Assembly: GCA_963765205.1 (NCBI GenBank)
Contig: CAVXVB010000005.1
Span: 384,001-448,000 of the forward strand
Length of the DNA: 64,000 bases
DNA from: an uncultured Verrucomicrobiae bacterium
Lineage (GTDB): Bacteria; Verrucomicrobiota; Verrucomicrobiia; Opitutales; JABDGR01
Direction of reading: 5' to 3'
Part shown: positions 8,549 through 19,268 of the stretch, in pieces
Layout of the letters: the number at the start of each line of letters is the position of its first letter
Position numbering within the stretch: position 1 is the stretch's first letter
Program-made: the position numbers and the translations under genes
Notes under the pieces: model-generated
The model's input: the letters and a program-made list of their open reading frames with translations, nothing else
Database searches by the model: none
What the model was told of the DNA's origin: nothing

Positions 8549-11492
8549 TCACGGCGCGGGCCCCACCACCACCTGCAGGAACGCAACGCCCGAATCAGGC
8601 AGGGGATAGGTCGCCGTGACCTGGCCGCCGCTGTTTTGCACATTCACCCCGCTCGCGCTCCAGGTGATCAAATCCGTGCTGGCCTCGACGGAGAAAATGA
8701 GGTCCGCCGGCGGCGTGGGGAAGGTCAGCACCAATCGGCCGTCCGAAACGACCGGCTGCGGCAACGCGGCGTGGCCGTCCTCCCATGGGCTTAAATCGAA
8801 GGCGTATTTAATCAGGTTCGGAATGCCGTCGCCGGACGGGTTGGCGTAATCGCCGCTGACGGTCGCATCGGCAATCTGCGCGATGCTGAAATTATCACCC
8901 AGCCACGCCTGCTTCGTAGCCGACGTGCCCGGCGGGAAATTCTCCGCCACGGTCAACACCCCGGTGGCATCGTCAAACGTAAAGTTCACCCCGGAGAACG
9001 TGCCGCTCCACCCCCCGCCGTCATCGGTCAGCGAGCCGGCATAGGTTCCGCTCAAAGTGATGCCATCAAAATCACCGCTGAACCCCGACGCGGCGAACAG
9101 ATTATAAACTCCATTCGCCAACGCCGCGCCCAAATTGATCGCCACGTTTCCGCCATAAACCACCGCGCCACTCGACAAAATTTGGCTGTAATTTCCCGCC
9201 CCATTGACGGTGAAGGTGGCATTGTCCCCCGAAAACAACGCGAGAGAACCCACCGCCAGCGGGCCGGTTCCGTCGCTGCCCGGCACAATGCTGCCACCGG
9301 CATTGACCACGACCGCCCCGCCCAGCGTCCCATTCCCGCCCAAGGTCGCGCCCGCGCCGACCGTCACGTTGCTGCTCACCAGGTTGCCCGTCACCAGCAA
9401 TGTGCCGGAATTCACGTTCGTCGCCCCGATATAGTAGTCGTAGCCGGAAAGCATGAGCGTGGCGGTGCCGTTTTGTGTCACGGTGCCGTTGCCCCCAATG
9501 CTGTGGAGAACGTTGCTGTTCGCGGATTGGTTAAAAACCAAAGCCGTCTCGACATCGGCAGAAAGAAACCTGGAGGTATCGCCGGTCAAAATAAGCGTGC
9601 CGTCGAGCACTTTCATTAGACCGCCAAAAGTATTATTGCCGGACAGCGTGAGATTGCCCGAGCCGGTCATTTGCAGAAACATCTGTCCGGAGAGGGTGCC
9701 CGAAAAAGTGGTGTCAAGGTTTTGATTAAAAATTAAATTTGGGCCATTGCTCGGAGCGTTTATCACCCCCGTAAAATTCGAAATGTCGCCATTGAGCGTC
9801 AAGGCGGCATTCTCCAGCGTCAACACGCCGTTGCCGGACAGCGCGCCGCTCGTTGTCATCGCCGCGCCCCCCAGGGTCAACGCGCCATTATCCATAATAT
9901 TGCCGCTGGAATTCAACGCATGATTGGTTCCTTGAAAGGTCCCGTTGCCAAAGATGATATTACCCACGACCAGCGTGCCGCCATTGACGATGATGTCGCC
10001 AGTGGCGCTGTAGGCGCCGAAGATGGTGAGCATGCCATTGCCATTTTCGGTGAGATTGCCTGAACCGCTGACGTTGCCACCCCAGGTGCAGTTGAAGCCA
10101 TTGGTGTCCACGATGCCGCCGTTCGTCCCGGCCATTAATACGACGTTGGCCCTGATGCCGAAATTTCCCGTCGCTTGGACAATTCCACCACCCCAATTGA
10201 TCGTGGCATTGCCCGCTCCGTTGATAAGGCCGGAATTTACGCCGACTTGAATCATACTGCCGTTGTTCAAATTCAACGTGCCGCTGCTGGTAGAGTTTTG
10301 CGCAAGCACGATGGTGCCGTTAACGGTCCCGCCATTAGCGACGGTCAGGCTCCCATTCCCATTGCCCCCCACCACGAGACCATTGTTGACATTCCAAACG
10401 GAGCCGGCGCCGGTGACCGTGGCGCTGCTAGTGGTGTTTGAAGACAAGCCGATGACGGTTGCGTTGACGGCGGCGTTACTCGTCACGCTGGCGCCATTGG
10501 CAATCGTCAGGCTTGAGCCGTTGTCAATTTCAAGGCCGATATTATCGGATGGACTATTTCCTGCCGCCAGCGACGAACCGTTGTCGGTGACCGTTATCGT
10601 GCATGAATTTCCAGTCAGCAGCACTCGATCCGTCGCGGGGATTTGCCCCCCATTCGCAATCGTAAGGCTGTCGTTTTGACCGTCAAGAACCAAGCCCGCA
10701 CCACCGGTGTTAATGGTCGAGGCGTTTCCCGAAGCTGCCGTCCCGGTCACTGTGACTGTCGTATTGTTACCCACGATGATCAAATCAAAAAAACCCGCAA
10801 CCTCGGCTCCTCCCTCGACGACGACGTTGCCGGTGCTGAGGCCTGCATAGCCCACATAAAAACCGCGTCCAGGCTTCAAAGTTGAACCATCCCCGGTAAC
10901 GGTGAGGGTGCCGTTCGAGCCATTACCCAAGCCGACATAAGTCGAATAATCCGATTGGAAGCTTGCCCCATTGGCGATCGTGAGGCTGCCGGTGCCGTTG
11001 GCGCCGATTTCCAACCCTGGCGCGAATGCACTCCCTTCATTCGACGCGCCCCCGGTGGTATGTTGGTTTGATATTAATACCGTCTGAGGATCGGTTACCA
11101 GCATCGAGCCGGTGGCCCCCGCGCCGAAATCCCAAATAGACCACCCCCACGGTCAAATTCCCGCCGTTCGAAATGGTCAGCGACGTGTTCGCGCCGCTGG
11201 CCGTGCTGTTGCCCACCGTAAGATTGCCCGCCGTCGAAGTCCCCGACGAGAACACCGCTTGGTTACCGGAATTGGTGTCCAGAATCACCGTGTTGTTCGA
11301 GACCGGCACGACGCCCGAACTCCAATTCGACCCCGTGTTCCAATCCGTGCTCGTGTTTCCCGTCCAGTTTATCGTTTGGGCCGAAGCCACCGAAAGCGCG
11401 AAAATCCCGGCCAACACGGCCACGATGCGCCCGCGCCGGGAATAATGGCGAAGTGAAAAAAAACAGCGCGCAATGAACCCAAAGGCATTCAT
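8549..11492 (-). CDS. Secreted autotransporter-associated beta-strand-repeat surface protein without beta-barrel; frameshift near 11128
   Basis: Signal peptide (...ALSVASA-Q), WTGNTSTDWNTGSNWS motif, GxLTxxNGG and GSGNLTLSGNNTFGG repeats, C-terminal GDGIPNLIKYAF...VEASTDLITW...FLQVVV module. Removing one T in GGA-TTT-C-GGC fuses ORFs 11037-11567 and 8549-11104. Confidence 0.75.
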
Positions 11493-11618
11493 TTTCCAAT
11501 AAGGGGTGGAGCGTAAAAACGAACCCGTCTGCATCATGCCCGTTCCTAACGGCCTGCGCAACCCCAAACCCCACCCTCCGCGGTTGTAACCAAATCAAGC
11601 ACTTTGCAGCGTCTTCCC

Positions 11619-12392
11619 TCAAGGCCCGATTTCGATGGTGTAAGAGCCGGGCGGCAGGGGATAACGGCGAAAATATACGCCGAGCTTTTGACGCAGGGCT
11701 TCTTCCACCTTCGGGTTCTCGTCGGTTTTGGCGACGCTGAGGCTGCCCACTAAAAGCGGTTCGCCCACCAGGCCGGCCGAGTTGAAAATCAGCAGAAAAT
11801 TGGCCGGCTGCCAAAGGGCGCCGCCCGCGTCCGGCGCCAGCTCCGGCGGCCAGGTGATATCCTGGACTTTGCCGTCCACCGCCGCCGGCACGATGTGCAA
11901 CTGCGCGCCGCGCGCAGGCAGCGGGGTGCTGGTGACAGGCGCCTGGCCCATGGTGTGCAGCGCGTCCATTTGAGCGGGCTTGAGCGCGTCTGCGGGCGTG
12001 GCCGCGTCTGCGGGCGTGGCGGAGATTTGCTGCATCGTCTTGTCCACGTCGCCGGCCTGAGGCTGCAAGGGGTAGGGTGGCAGGGCTGGTTGCGGGTGGA
12101 TGGCGGGCGCGGCGGCCGCGCGCATCGCAAAGTTGAGCGGCGTGAGCGTATAAATCATCTGCGGGTCGGAAAGCATTTCCTCGTCCCGCAGGGCGGCAGC
12201 CTGCCCGGCGTCGCCGGCTTCGACGTAGTGGACGAAGGGCGCCGGCTCGGGTGGCGGCGCAACTGGCGCCGCCGGCCAGCGCAGCAGCGCCAGGCCCGCC
12301 AGATACACGCCCACGCTGATCAGCAGCGCCAGCAGAAAAGCCGGCTGCTCGCGGGGACGGTCGTGGCGGGCGGGGAATTCGGCGGCGGGCAT
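11619..12392 (-). CDS. TonB-like energy transducer (N-terminal TM, Pro-rich spacer, degenerate TonB C-terminal domain)
   Basis: Single TM, Pro/Ala-rich middle, C-terminal LIFNSAGLVGEPLLVGS segment; follows exbB-exbD. Confidence 0.5.
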   Translation of the reverse strand: MPAAEFPARHDRPREQPAFLLALLISVGVYLAGLALLRWPAAPVAPPPEPAPFVHYVEAGDAGQAAALRDEEMLSDPQMIYTLTPLNFAMRAAAAPAIHPQPALPPYPLQPQAGDVDKTMQQISATPADAATPADALKPAQMDALHTMGQAPVTSTPLPARGAQLHIVPAAVDGKVQDITWPPELAPDAGGALWQPANFLLIFNSAGLVGEPLLVGSLSVAKTDENPKVEEALRQKLGVYFRRYPLPPGSYTIEIGP

Positions 12393-12397
12393 GGGAG

Positions 12398-12488
12398 AAA
12401 ATTAAGAATTAATAATTAAGAATCAAGAAGGCAGATTGATAAATGGAGAAAAATTTCAAATCTGAAGTATCAAATCTGAAATACAGCC
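12398..12488. repeat. Degenerate 7-mer tandem repeats (AATTAAG / AAATCTG)
   Basis: aattaag-aattaat-aattaag-aatcaag ... aaatctg-aagtatc-aaatctg in an AT-rich intergenic gap. Confidence 0.7.
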
Positions 12489-12491
12489 ATT

Positions 12492-13034
12492 CTACGGCGC
12501 CGTCGCGCCGGAGGCGGGTGTTGCGGCCCCGGGTTGATCCTCCGTGTTCGGCGCAATCCGTTCGGCGATTTGCACCGCCCCGAAGCCCGCCTTCAGGGCC
12601 AGGTCATTGATTTGGGCCAATGTCTCCATGTCGGTATTGGCCGGAGCCAGGAGCCGGAGCACGAGCAGGTCGCCCGGCTGCTTCTTCACTTTTGCGGCGT
12701 GATCGGTGAGGGCCTGCGCCAGTTTCGGAAAAGGATAAATGCCGTTATCGAGGACGAAAATCTGGTCTTCAATTTTCGTATTGGTCGCCTGCAGGGACAA
12801 AGTAACATCAACCCGCCGGCCCGGTGTGGTTGCGGCGGTCGTGGTGGGCAGCACGAAGGGCGCGTGGTCTTTCGGGTCGAGCACATACGTCAAGCCCGGC
12901 GCAATAATGTAATTGGACTGGAGCAGCGTCAGCAGCCAGCCCGCGACGAGCACATTCAGCCAGGGCACGACCTCCAGCCGGAGGTTCGGCCGGTGCACAT
13001 GGCGCATCAATCCTAAGGGGCTGGTTAAAGACAT
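12492..13034 (-). CDS. exbD: ExbD/TolR-like biopolymer transport protein
   Basis: N-terminal LEVVPWLNVL hydrophobic segment (Asn where ExbD usually has Asp), C-terminal LAQINDLALKAGFGAVQIA; follows exbB. Confidence 0.6.
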   Translation of the reverse strand: MSLTSPLGLMRHVHRPNLRLEVVPWLNVLVAGWLLTLLQSNYIIAPGLTYVLDPKDHAPFVLPTTTAATTPGRRVDVTLSLQATNTKIEDQIFVLDNGIYPFPKLAQALTDHAAKVKKQPGDLLVLRLLAPANTDMETLAQINDLALKAGFGAVQIAERIAPNTEDQPGAATPASGATAP

Positions 13035-13113
13035 GGTCGCGGGACCCCACGATTAAGGGATAATCAAATTAAGGAACGGGTTCATAAAATCGGCGCGGCT
13101 GGGAGGGGGGCCA

Positions 13114-13827
13114 TCAGGCGCCGGGCGCGGGGTTGTCCGCGGTCGGCGGGTAGGGCTGGCTGCCGGAAGGAGCCAGGTTGGCGTTCTCCACGGGCGCGGG
13201 CGAATTTGGCAAGTCCACGAGCAAAAATTGCAGCATGTCATTGCCGACCCATTCCATGTCATGCACGAGCGCGCGCACGCGCCCATGCAGGAAATGGTGG
13301 GCCAGATAGGCCAGAATCGCGACAGCCAGCCCCATGGCCGTGGTAATCAGGGCCGAACTGATATAGCCGGAAAAATCCGCGGCATCATGATAATCTCCTT
13401 TGGTATGCATCTGCTCGAACCATTGCAGCAAATTCAACACCGTGCCCAGCAAGCCCAGCAACGGCGCGATTTTGGCGATGGCCGCGAGCGTGCCGAGGCG
13501 GCGCTCGAGCGTGGGAATTTCCACCAGCGCCATCGCTTGGATGGCGCCGCGCAGGTGCGTCTCGTCCTCCCGGTAATGGCGCAGGGCGGCCTTGACGACC
13601 GCGGCGACCGGCCCGGGCGTCTCCTCGCAGACGGTCAGGGCCTCAAGGATGCGGCGCTTGCGGGCGAGGTTCTTGATGCCCTCGACAAACTTCACCGTGC
13701 CAATCTGCCCCTTGTGCAAATACAGCGCCCGTTCCAGAGTGAACACCAGCCCAAGCAGGCTCAACCCGAACAGTGGCCACATCATGGGGCCGCCGCGTGC
13801 CAGCAGGGAAAAGTCGAAAATATTCAT
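13114..13827 (-). CDS. exbB: MotA/TolQ/ExbB proton channel protein
   Basis: GGPMMWPL; IAPLLGLLGTV; ISSALITTAMGLAVAI. Confidence 0.9.
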   Translation of the reverse strand: MNIFDFSLLARGGPMMWPLFGLSLLGLVFTLERALYLHKGQIGTVKFVEGIKNLARKRRILEALTVCEETPGPVAAVVKAALRHYREDETHLRGAIQAMALVEIPTLERRLGTLAAIAKIAPLLGLLGTVLNLLQWFEQMHTKGDYHDAADFSGYISSALITTAMGLAVAILAYLAHHFLHGRVRALVHDMEWVGNDMLQFLLVDLPNSPAPVENANLAPSGSQPYPPTADNPAPGA

Positions 13828-14039
13828 GATTGCGCCCCCACCATAGCGGCCTTGCCCCGGTTTGATAAGCCAAAATCGCAGTCATTTTGGGAACTTGCGC
13901 CCATATCGGGTTAATTATACAAACGATGACATATCTTTTACCTTGGGAACTGTCTTTTTAACTTCAACGGTTGGATTCCAGCCGATAAGAACAAGGCGTC
14001 TTAGGAGGTGCAGCCTGTATTCCCCAACCCTACCCGCTC

Positions 14040-15515
14040 ATGCGCGCGCCGATTTCTCCCGAGGAAAAACGTTGGCGCGCGCGGGCTGGCGCGGTGGCCC
14101 GGCGGGTAAATTTTGGGTGGTGGTGGCACCGCCTTAGTGCGGCGCTGGTCGGCGTCAATCTGGCGGGCGCGACGGCGCTGCTCCTCTTTCGGCAAATGCG
14201 CTGGCCGCTGCTGGGGTGGGCGGCGATGCTCGGCGTGGCGTGGCTGGCGGCGGCGGGGCGGGCGTGGTGGCGGGCGCGGGCGCGCTTTTATGCCCAGCCG
14301 GAAGGTTTGTTGCGCCTGGAGACGCACTTGGGCTGGCATAATATTTTGTCCGCGGCGGCTGCGGGCGGCATGGGCTGGCCGGAGTTGCCCGCAGAACCTG
14401 TGCGGCCCTTGCAATGGCGCTGGCTGGCGTCGGCCCAGCCTGTGTTGGCCTCGGTGGCGTTTCTGCTCGCGGCGCTGTTTATCCCCGTGAGCGCGCCGCC
14501 CAAGCCGGCTTTGCCGCCGCCGACGCAATTGCCGCCCGCCTTGCAGCAAGTGCAGTCGTGGACCGAAAAACTCAAGGAACAAAACCTCGTCCAGCCGGCG
14601 ACGATGGAATCGTGGGAAGAGCGCCTCGCCCAGTTGAAACAAAAGCCCCAGCAGGAATGGTATGGGCAGGAAAGCCTCGAAGCCGCGGAATCGCTGCGCA
14701 ACCAACTGGCGCAGGAAATCAACACGATGGACAAGAATTTGAAAAAAACCGCCGATTTGGTGGCCGCCCTGCAGGCGCTCCCCGCCGGCGCCGCGATTCC
14801 GGCCGATTTGCAGGCCGCCCTCAACCAGCAAATTGCCGCGCTGCAAAACAGCAACCTGCCCCTGAGCCATAGTCTCGCGCAGTCGCTCAACAATCTCAAA
14901 AGCCTCTCGCCGGATCAACTGGCGTATCTGATGAAACAACTCCAGCACGGCGCGGACAACCTGAGCTACCTGTCCGCGGACAACGGGCTTTTCACCGGGC
15001 ACTTTCAAACCAGCCAGAACAGCGCCAAATTCCAACTCGGGCGCTATGGGCAAGGCCAGCTGGGCAGTTGGCCGGCCGGCTCCATGAAAAACCCGTCGGG
15101 AACGGCCGGTCAAGCAAGCTCCGGCCCGGGGCCAGGCGCGGCGGGCAGTGGAACCGGCAACAGCACCGCAGGCACAGGGCCAGCCGCCGCCGATGATGAG
15201 GCGATGTGTGACACGAGCATTGCCAATGGCGCGGGCGGCGGTCCGGGCGGCGGCGGCGGCTCGAATGGGATTTCTTACCAGGCCCCGACCGATGTGCAGG
15301 CCAAAAACCAACAGGGCGTGAGCAACAACGGCGCGAACTCCGTGGCACCCGGCGACCTGGTCGGCATCTCGATCAGCGCGCCCACCCACAACCCGCAAGA
15401 CAACACGCCCGCGGGCGCCGGCGGCGCCGCCAGCCAGGGCGGCGAGGGCGACGCCGTGTGGCGTCAGGACCTGACCCCGCAGGAGCGCGCCCTGTTGCAA
15501 CAATATTTCAAATGA
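14040..15515 (+). CDS. Membrane protein with coiled-coil and Gly-rich C-terminus (MoxR operon component)
   Basis: Three hydrophobic segments, Gln/Leu-rich helical region, G/A/S-rich tail ending ERALLQQYFK. Confidence 0.7.
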   Translation: MRAPISPEEKRWRARAGAVARRVNFGWWWHRLSAALVGVNLAGATALLLFRQMRWPLLGWAAMLGVAWLAAAGRAWWRARARFYAQPEGLLRLETHLGWHNILSAAAAGGMGWPELPAEPVRPLQWRWLASAQPVLASVAFLLAALFIPVSAPPKPALPPPTQLPPALQQVQSWTEKLKEQNLVQPATMESWEERLAQLKQKPQQEWYGQESLEAAESLRNQLAQEINTMDKNLKKTADLVAALQALPAGAAIPADLQAALNQQIAALQNSNLPLSHSLAQSLNNLKSLSPDQLAYLMKQLQHGADNLSYLSADNGLFTGHFQTSQNSAKFQLGRYGQGQLGSWPAGSMKNPSGTAGQASSGPGPGAAGSGTGNSTAGTGPAAADDEAMCDTSIANGAGGGPGGGGGSNGISYQAPTDVQAKNQQGVSNNGANSVAPGDLVGISISAPTHNPQDNTPAGAGGAASQGGEGDAVWRQDLTPQERALLQQYFK

Positions 15516-15615
15516 AAATTTCCGATTTTCCACCATCACGCCCGCTTGCCAACCCGCTGCCCGCGTGATTAAACTCCCCTACCTCGCATACCTCCCCTAT
15601 CTCCCATCATCCCCC

Positions 15616-16665
15616 ATGGATACCCCCGTCGCTCCCACTACTCCGCCCGCCACTGCCATTGACCCGTCCGTCGCGCAAGACGCCGCGCGCCAACTCGGCC
15701 AGTTGCACGGCGCGATTGCCAACGTCATTTTCGGCCAGGAAGAACTGATCGGCCTCGCCATCACCGGCCTGCTGGCCGGCGGCCATATCCTGCTCGAAGG
15801 GCTGCCCGGCCTCGGCAAAACCGAGCTGGTCAAGTCTTTCGCCAAAGCCCTGCACCTGGACACCAAGCGCGTGCAATTCACGCCCGACCTGCTGCCCGGC
15901 GACATCACCGGCAACCCCGTCCTCCAGGAAACGGGCGGCGAGCGCCGCTTCGTTTTCCAACCCGGTCCGGTCTTCACCAATCTGCTCCTCGCCGACGAAA
16001 TCAACCGCGCCAGTCCGAAAACCCAGTCCGCCCTCCTCGAGGCGATGCAGGAGCGCCGTGTTACCGTCCTCGGCACCACCCACCAACTGCCCGACCCGTT
16101 TTTCGTCCTCGCCACGCAAAACCCCATCGAACTCGAGGGCACCTACCCGCTGCCCGAGGCGCAGGTGGACCGCTTTCTCTTCAAGCTCGAAGTCACGCGC
16201 GTCGCGCCGGAAGTCCTGCAAAGAATCGTCGCGCAACGCCGCCTTGGGGAAGATCCGCTGCTGGCACCGGTGCTCACGCGTGATGAACTGCTCCAACTCA
16301 TCGCGCTGGCCCGCCGTGTGTTTCTGCCGCCCGTCGTGATTGAATACATCGCCCGGCTGGTCAACGCGTCGCATCCCGGCCAGTCCTCGGTGGCCCAATC
16401 CATTAAATACGGCGCCAGCCCGCGCGCAGCCATCGGCCTTGCCGCCTCGGCCCGCGCCCGCGCGTTGATCCAAGGACGCGGCTATGCTGGCGCGGAGGAC
16501 GTGCAGGCCGTGGCCCGACCCGTCTTGCAACACCGCCTCATTTTGCATTACCAGGCGCGCCTCGAGGGCCTCACCTCCGCCGAAGTGGCAAACCGCCTGG
16601 TCGCCGAGGTGCCCGTCGAGGTCAAGAGTCTGCCGCGCACCCTCGCCGCGGCGAAAATCAACTAA
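15616..16665 (+). CDS. moxR: MoxR-family AAA+ ATPase
   Basis: GHILLEGLPGLGKT, RVQFTPDLLPGDITG, LLADEINRASPKTQSALLEAMQE, ATQNPIELEGTYPLPEAQVDRF, GASPRA. Confidence 0.95.
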   Translation: MDTPVAPTTPPATAIDPSVAQDAARQLGQLHGAIANVIFGQEELIGLAITGLLAGGHILLEGLPGLGKTELVKSFAKALHLDTKRVQFTPDLLPGDITGNPVLQETGGERRFVFQPGPVFTNLLLADEINRASPKTQSALLEAMQERRVTVLGTTHQLPDPFFVLATQNPIELEGTYPLPEAQVDRFLFKLEVTRVAPEVLQRIVAQRRLGEDPLLAPVLTRDELLQLIALARRVFLPPVVIEYIARLVNASHPGQSSVAQSIKYGASPRAAIGLAASARARALIQGRGYAGAEDVQAVARPVLQHRLILHYQARLEGLTSAEVANRLVAEVPVEVKSLPRTLAAAKIN

Positions 16666-16692
16666 GCCCCTTCCGCTTTTTTTCTTCCCACC

Positions 16693-19257
16693 ATGTTTGC
16701 GCTCCCCACCGAGGTTCTGGCTTCCTGGCTTCGACGCGTCGGTGTCGTCTTGCTTGTGGGCTGGCTGGCGGCGCTGCCCGCCCGCGCGCAAACTTCGCAT
16801 CCAGTGGCCACGGATCCCAACAGCGACATCAAGATTCAGATTACGGATGCCTATGCCGGCGTGCCCCTGCGCGGCTACCTGCCCCTGCGCGTCACCATCA
16901 CCAACTCTTCGAACAGCGATGGCGTGTGGGAAGTCCAGCCCCAGTCGCTTTCGCCCTACGGCGGAGGCCAGCGCTTTGACACGCTGGCCACCTGTGCCGT
17001 CCCCGCCCGCCAGACCCACGTCTTCGAAGTGCTCGCGCCGCTGCCGACGACGCCCGACTATCGAAGCCAGCCGCGCATCAGCGTCCATGTTACCGGCCCG
17101 GGGGTGACGAACGGCCCCGGCTCGGACGTGTCCTTCACCGCGAATTTTCAAGCCGTGTCCCCGGCCAGCTTGAACATCCCCGTGCCGGTTGCGGTGACCA
17201 CGAATCCAAGAGTCCGGCCCGCCGTCGGGTCGCTTGCGATCGGGACAACCAACATCACCAACACGGATGGTTCATATACCAACATCTCCGAGCGGAACGA
17301 AGGCTACGACAACACCAAGATAAACTACGTCACCCACTTTCCCAATGGCACGATCACCGGCGATTTCGACATCCGGGATTCGTCAAACCGGTTAGTTCAA
17401 ACCAGCTTCAATGACGCGGGCGCCACGCCGCCCGGCGCAAGCGCCGCCGCGCCCGGTGCTCTAAAGGGACGTAGGGGCTATGGTGGGCGGGATGTCCGGA
17501 TGGCGCACCCCAACCAGGGGCCGCCCATCTTCATCGGGCTGTCACCCGCGCTGGATCGCGCCCAGGGAAATTATATTAAGAATTATTTTAACAGCCTGTG
17601 CGTCCGGCCCCTCCAACAATCCCTGCTCGACCCCGAGACCTTGTCCTCCGATTGGCGCGCCTATTTGGGCTTCGATTGGCTGTTTTACACGGCGGCCGAC
17701 TGGCTGGACGCCCCGCCGGGCGCGCGCCTGGCCATCACGCAATGGGTGGCCGCGGGGGGCAAACTCCGGTTGGTGGCCAATACGGACGGTGGCCTGGATT
17801 TGCCGCCGCGCCAGGGCGAGCATTACGGCGCGGGCCTCATCGAGTTGTTCACGGAAGACGAACTCGCCAATTACAATTTCAACGCGGTGCACTCGAATCC
17901 CGCGGAACGTTATCTATTCAGCCTCGACTACCAACCGGCGCCGCCCGCCGCCCCCGGCGTGGTGTCCCCCGCCATTCCGGCGGGGTTGGAGCAGCGCGCT
18001 TTCAAGGTGAGCGTGAACACCATCATCGAACTGATCAATGTTGATCCCGCCGCCATCGCCGGGAGCAGCCAACCCTCAAACGTGAACTACATTGTGGAAA
18101 GCGAACTGGCCAATTTTTTCCGGCTGGCAACTCCCAATTTCTCGCCCAGCGCCAAAATGAACTTTGAGTTCAGCTTCGACCCGAACGAGGCCTCAAAACT
18201 GACGATTACCGCCCCGCCGGAGAATTTGGATGCTATCGCGGCCATCCTGAAAGCGGATGGCGAGCCGGACGGCGTGGTCGTCGGCACAGGGCCGGATTTG
18301 CCCGCCGTGCCCGCCCCGTCCGCAACCGCGCCGCAGGCCGCCAATGCGGCGACGGTGGTGCCGCCGCCGACCTTTGCGGAGACCGCGCCGACCCTGGACC
18401 CGCATTACCTGATGGTCGCCTTGACCATCATTTGCTTCGGCGTCCTGGTCGGGCCGGTTAATTTGTTCGTGTTTTGCAACGGCCCGCGGCGGCCGAATCT
18501 CTTGTGGGTCACGCCGCTGCTGGCGGTTGGGACGGGGCTGGTCATCCTGGTCTTTATTGTGATGGCGGAGGGCCTCGGCGGCCACGGCGTCACTTTCCGC
18601 GTCACGCAGTTGGTGCCGGATGGGAAGTTCGCGGTTGAATCGGAAGTGGAAGCCTCCGTCTCGGGCGTGCTCCTGCACAGCGCCTTTGACCTGCCCAACC
18701 CGGCCTGGCTGCTCGAATACCACTCGGTAGATCCGCTGATGATTTCGGCGGTGTCCTACGGGCCCTACGGCCCGCAGGCCGGGGACCCCGGCAATTTCTG
18801 GCAGTCCGGCCCCCACTACACGGGCGAGTGGTTTGCCAGCCGGCGGGCGCAGGTGTTGATGGCGCAAGCGGTGGTGCCGTCGCGCGCGGCCCTGCACGTC
18901 GTCCCGGCGACGGCCGACCAGCCGCCCGTGCTCACTTCCGAATATAACGACTGGATGGAAAAACTTTTCTACCTCGACGACCAGGGCCGATATTGGAAAG
19001 TGGATCGCATTTCCGACGGCCAGCCCACGCCGCTGCAACCGGCCACACCCGAGGAATTTACCACGGCGTGGGAGGCCATCCTGGCGAGTGCGCCGCCCAT
19101 GCTGACTAACGACAACGGCGTGCTGCGCAAGCTCACGCCGCGCCCCGGCTCCTTTTTCGCGCTGGGCAACGGCGGCAACTCGGCGCTTGAACCGGAGATA
19201 TCCGGTCTGCGCTGGTCGAGCTTCCGCCACGTCATCACCGGCCCCGTCATCCCTTAA
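16693..19257 (+). CDS. Secreted/membrane protein of the MoxR operon with inserted domains
   Basis: Signal peptide, GYLPLRVTITN, DWRAYLGFD..WVAAGGKL (GATase-like remnant), TM pair around VGPVNLF..LLWVTPLLA. Confidence 0.7.
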   Translation: MFALPTEVLASWLRRVGVVLLVGWLAALPARAQTSHPVATDPNSDIKIQITDAYAGVPLRGYLPLRVTITNSSNSDGVWEVQPQSLSPYGGGQRFDTLATCAVPARQTHVFEVLAPLPTTPDYRSQPRISVHVTGPGVTNGPGSDVSFTANFQAVSPASLNIPVPVAVTTNPRVRPAVGSLAIGTTNITNTDGSYTNISERNEGYDNTKINYVTHFPNGTITGDFDIRDSSNRLVQTSFNDAGATPPGASAAAPGALKGRRGYGGRDVRMAHPNQGPPIFIGLSPALDRAQGNYIKNYFNSLCVRPLQQSLLDPETLSSDWRAYLGFDWLFYTAADWLDAPPGARLAITQWVAAGGKLRLVANTDGGLDLPPRQGEHYGAGLIELFTEDELANYNFNAVHSNPAERYLFSLDYQPAPPAAPGVVSPAIPAGLEQRAFKVSVNTIIELINVDPAAIAGSSQPSNVNYIVESELANFFRLATPNFSPSAKMNFEFSFDPNEASKLTITAPPENLDAIAAILKADGEPDGVVVGTGPDLPAVPAPSATAPQAANAATVVPPPTFAETAPTLDPHYLMVALTIICFGVLVGPVNLFVFCNGPRRPNLLWVTPLLAVGTGLVILVFIVMAEGLGGHGVTFRVTQLVPDGKFAVESEVEASVSGVLLHSAFDLPNPAWLLEYHSVDPLMISAVSYGPYGPQAGDPGNFWQSGPHYTGEWFASRRAQVLMAQAVVPSRAALHVVPATADQPPVLTSEYNDWMEKLFYLDDQGRYWKVDRISDGQPTPLQPATPEEFTTAWEAILASAPPMLTNDNGVLRKLTPRPGSFFALGNGGNSALEPEISGLRWSSFRHVITGPVIP

Positions 19258-19268
19258 ACGCAACCGTC

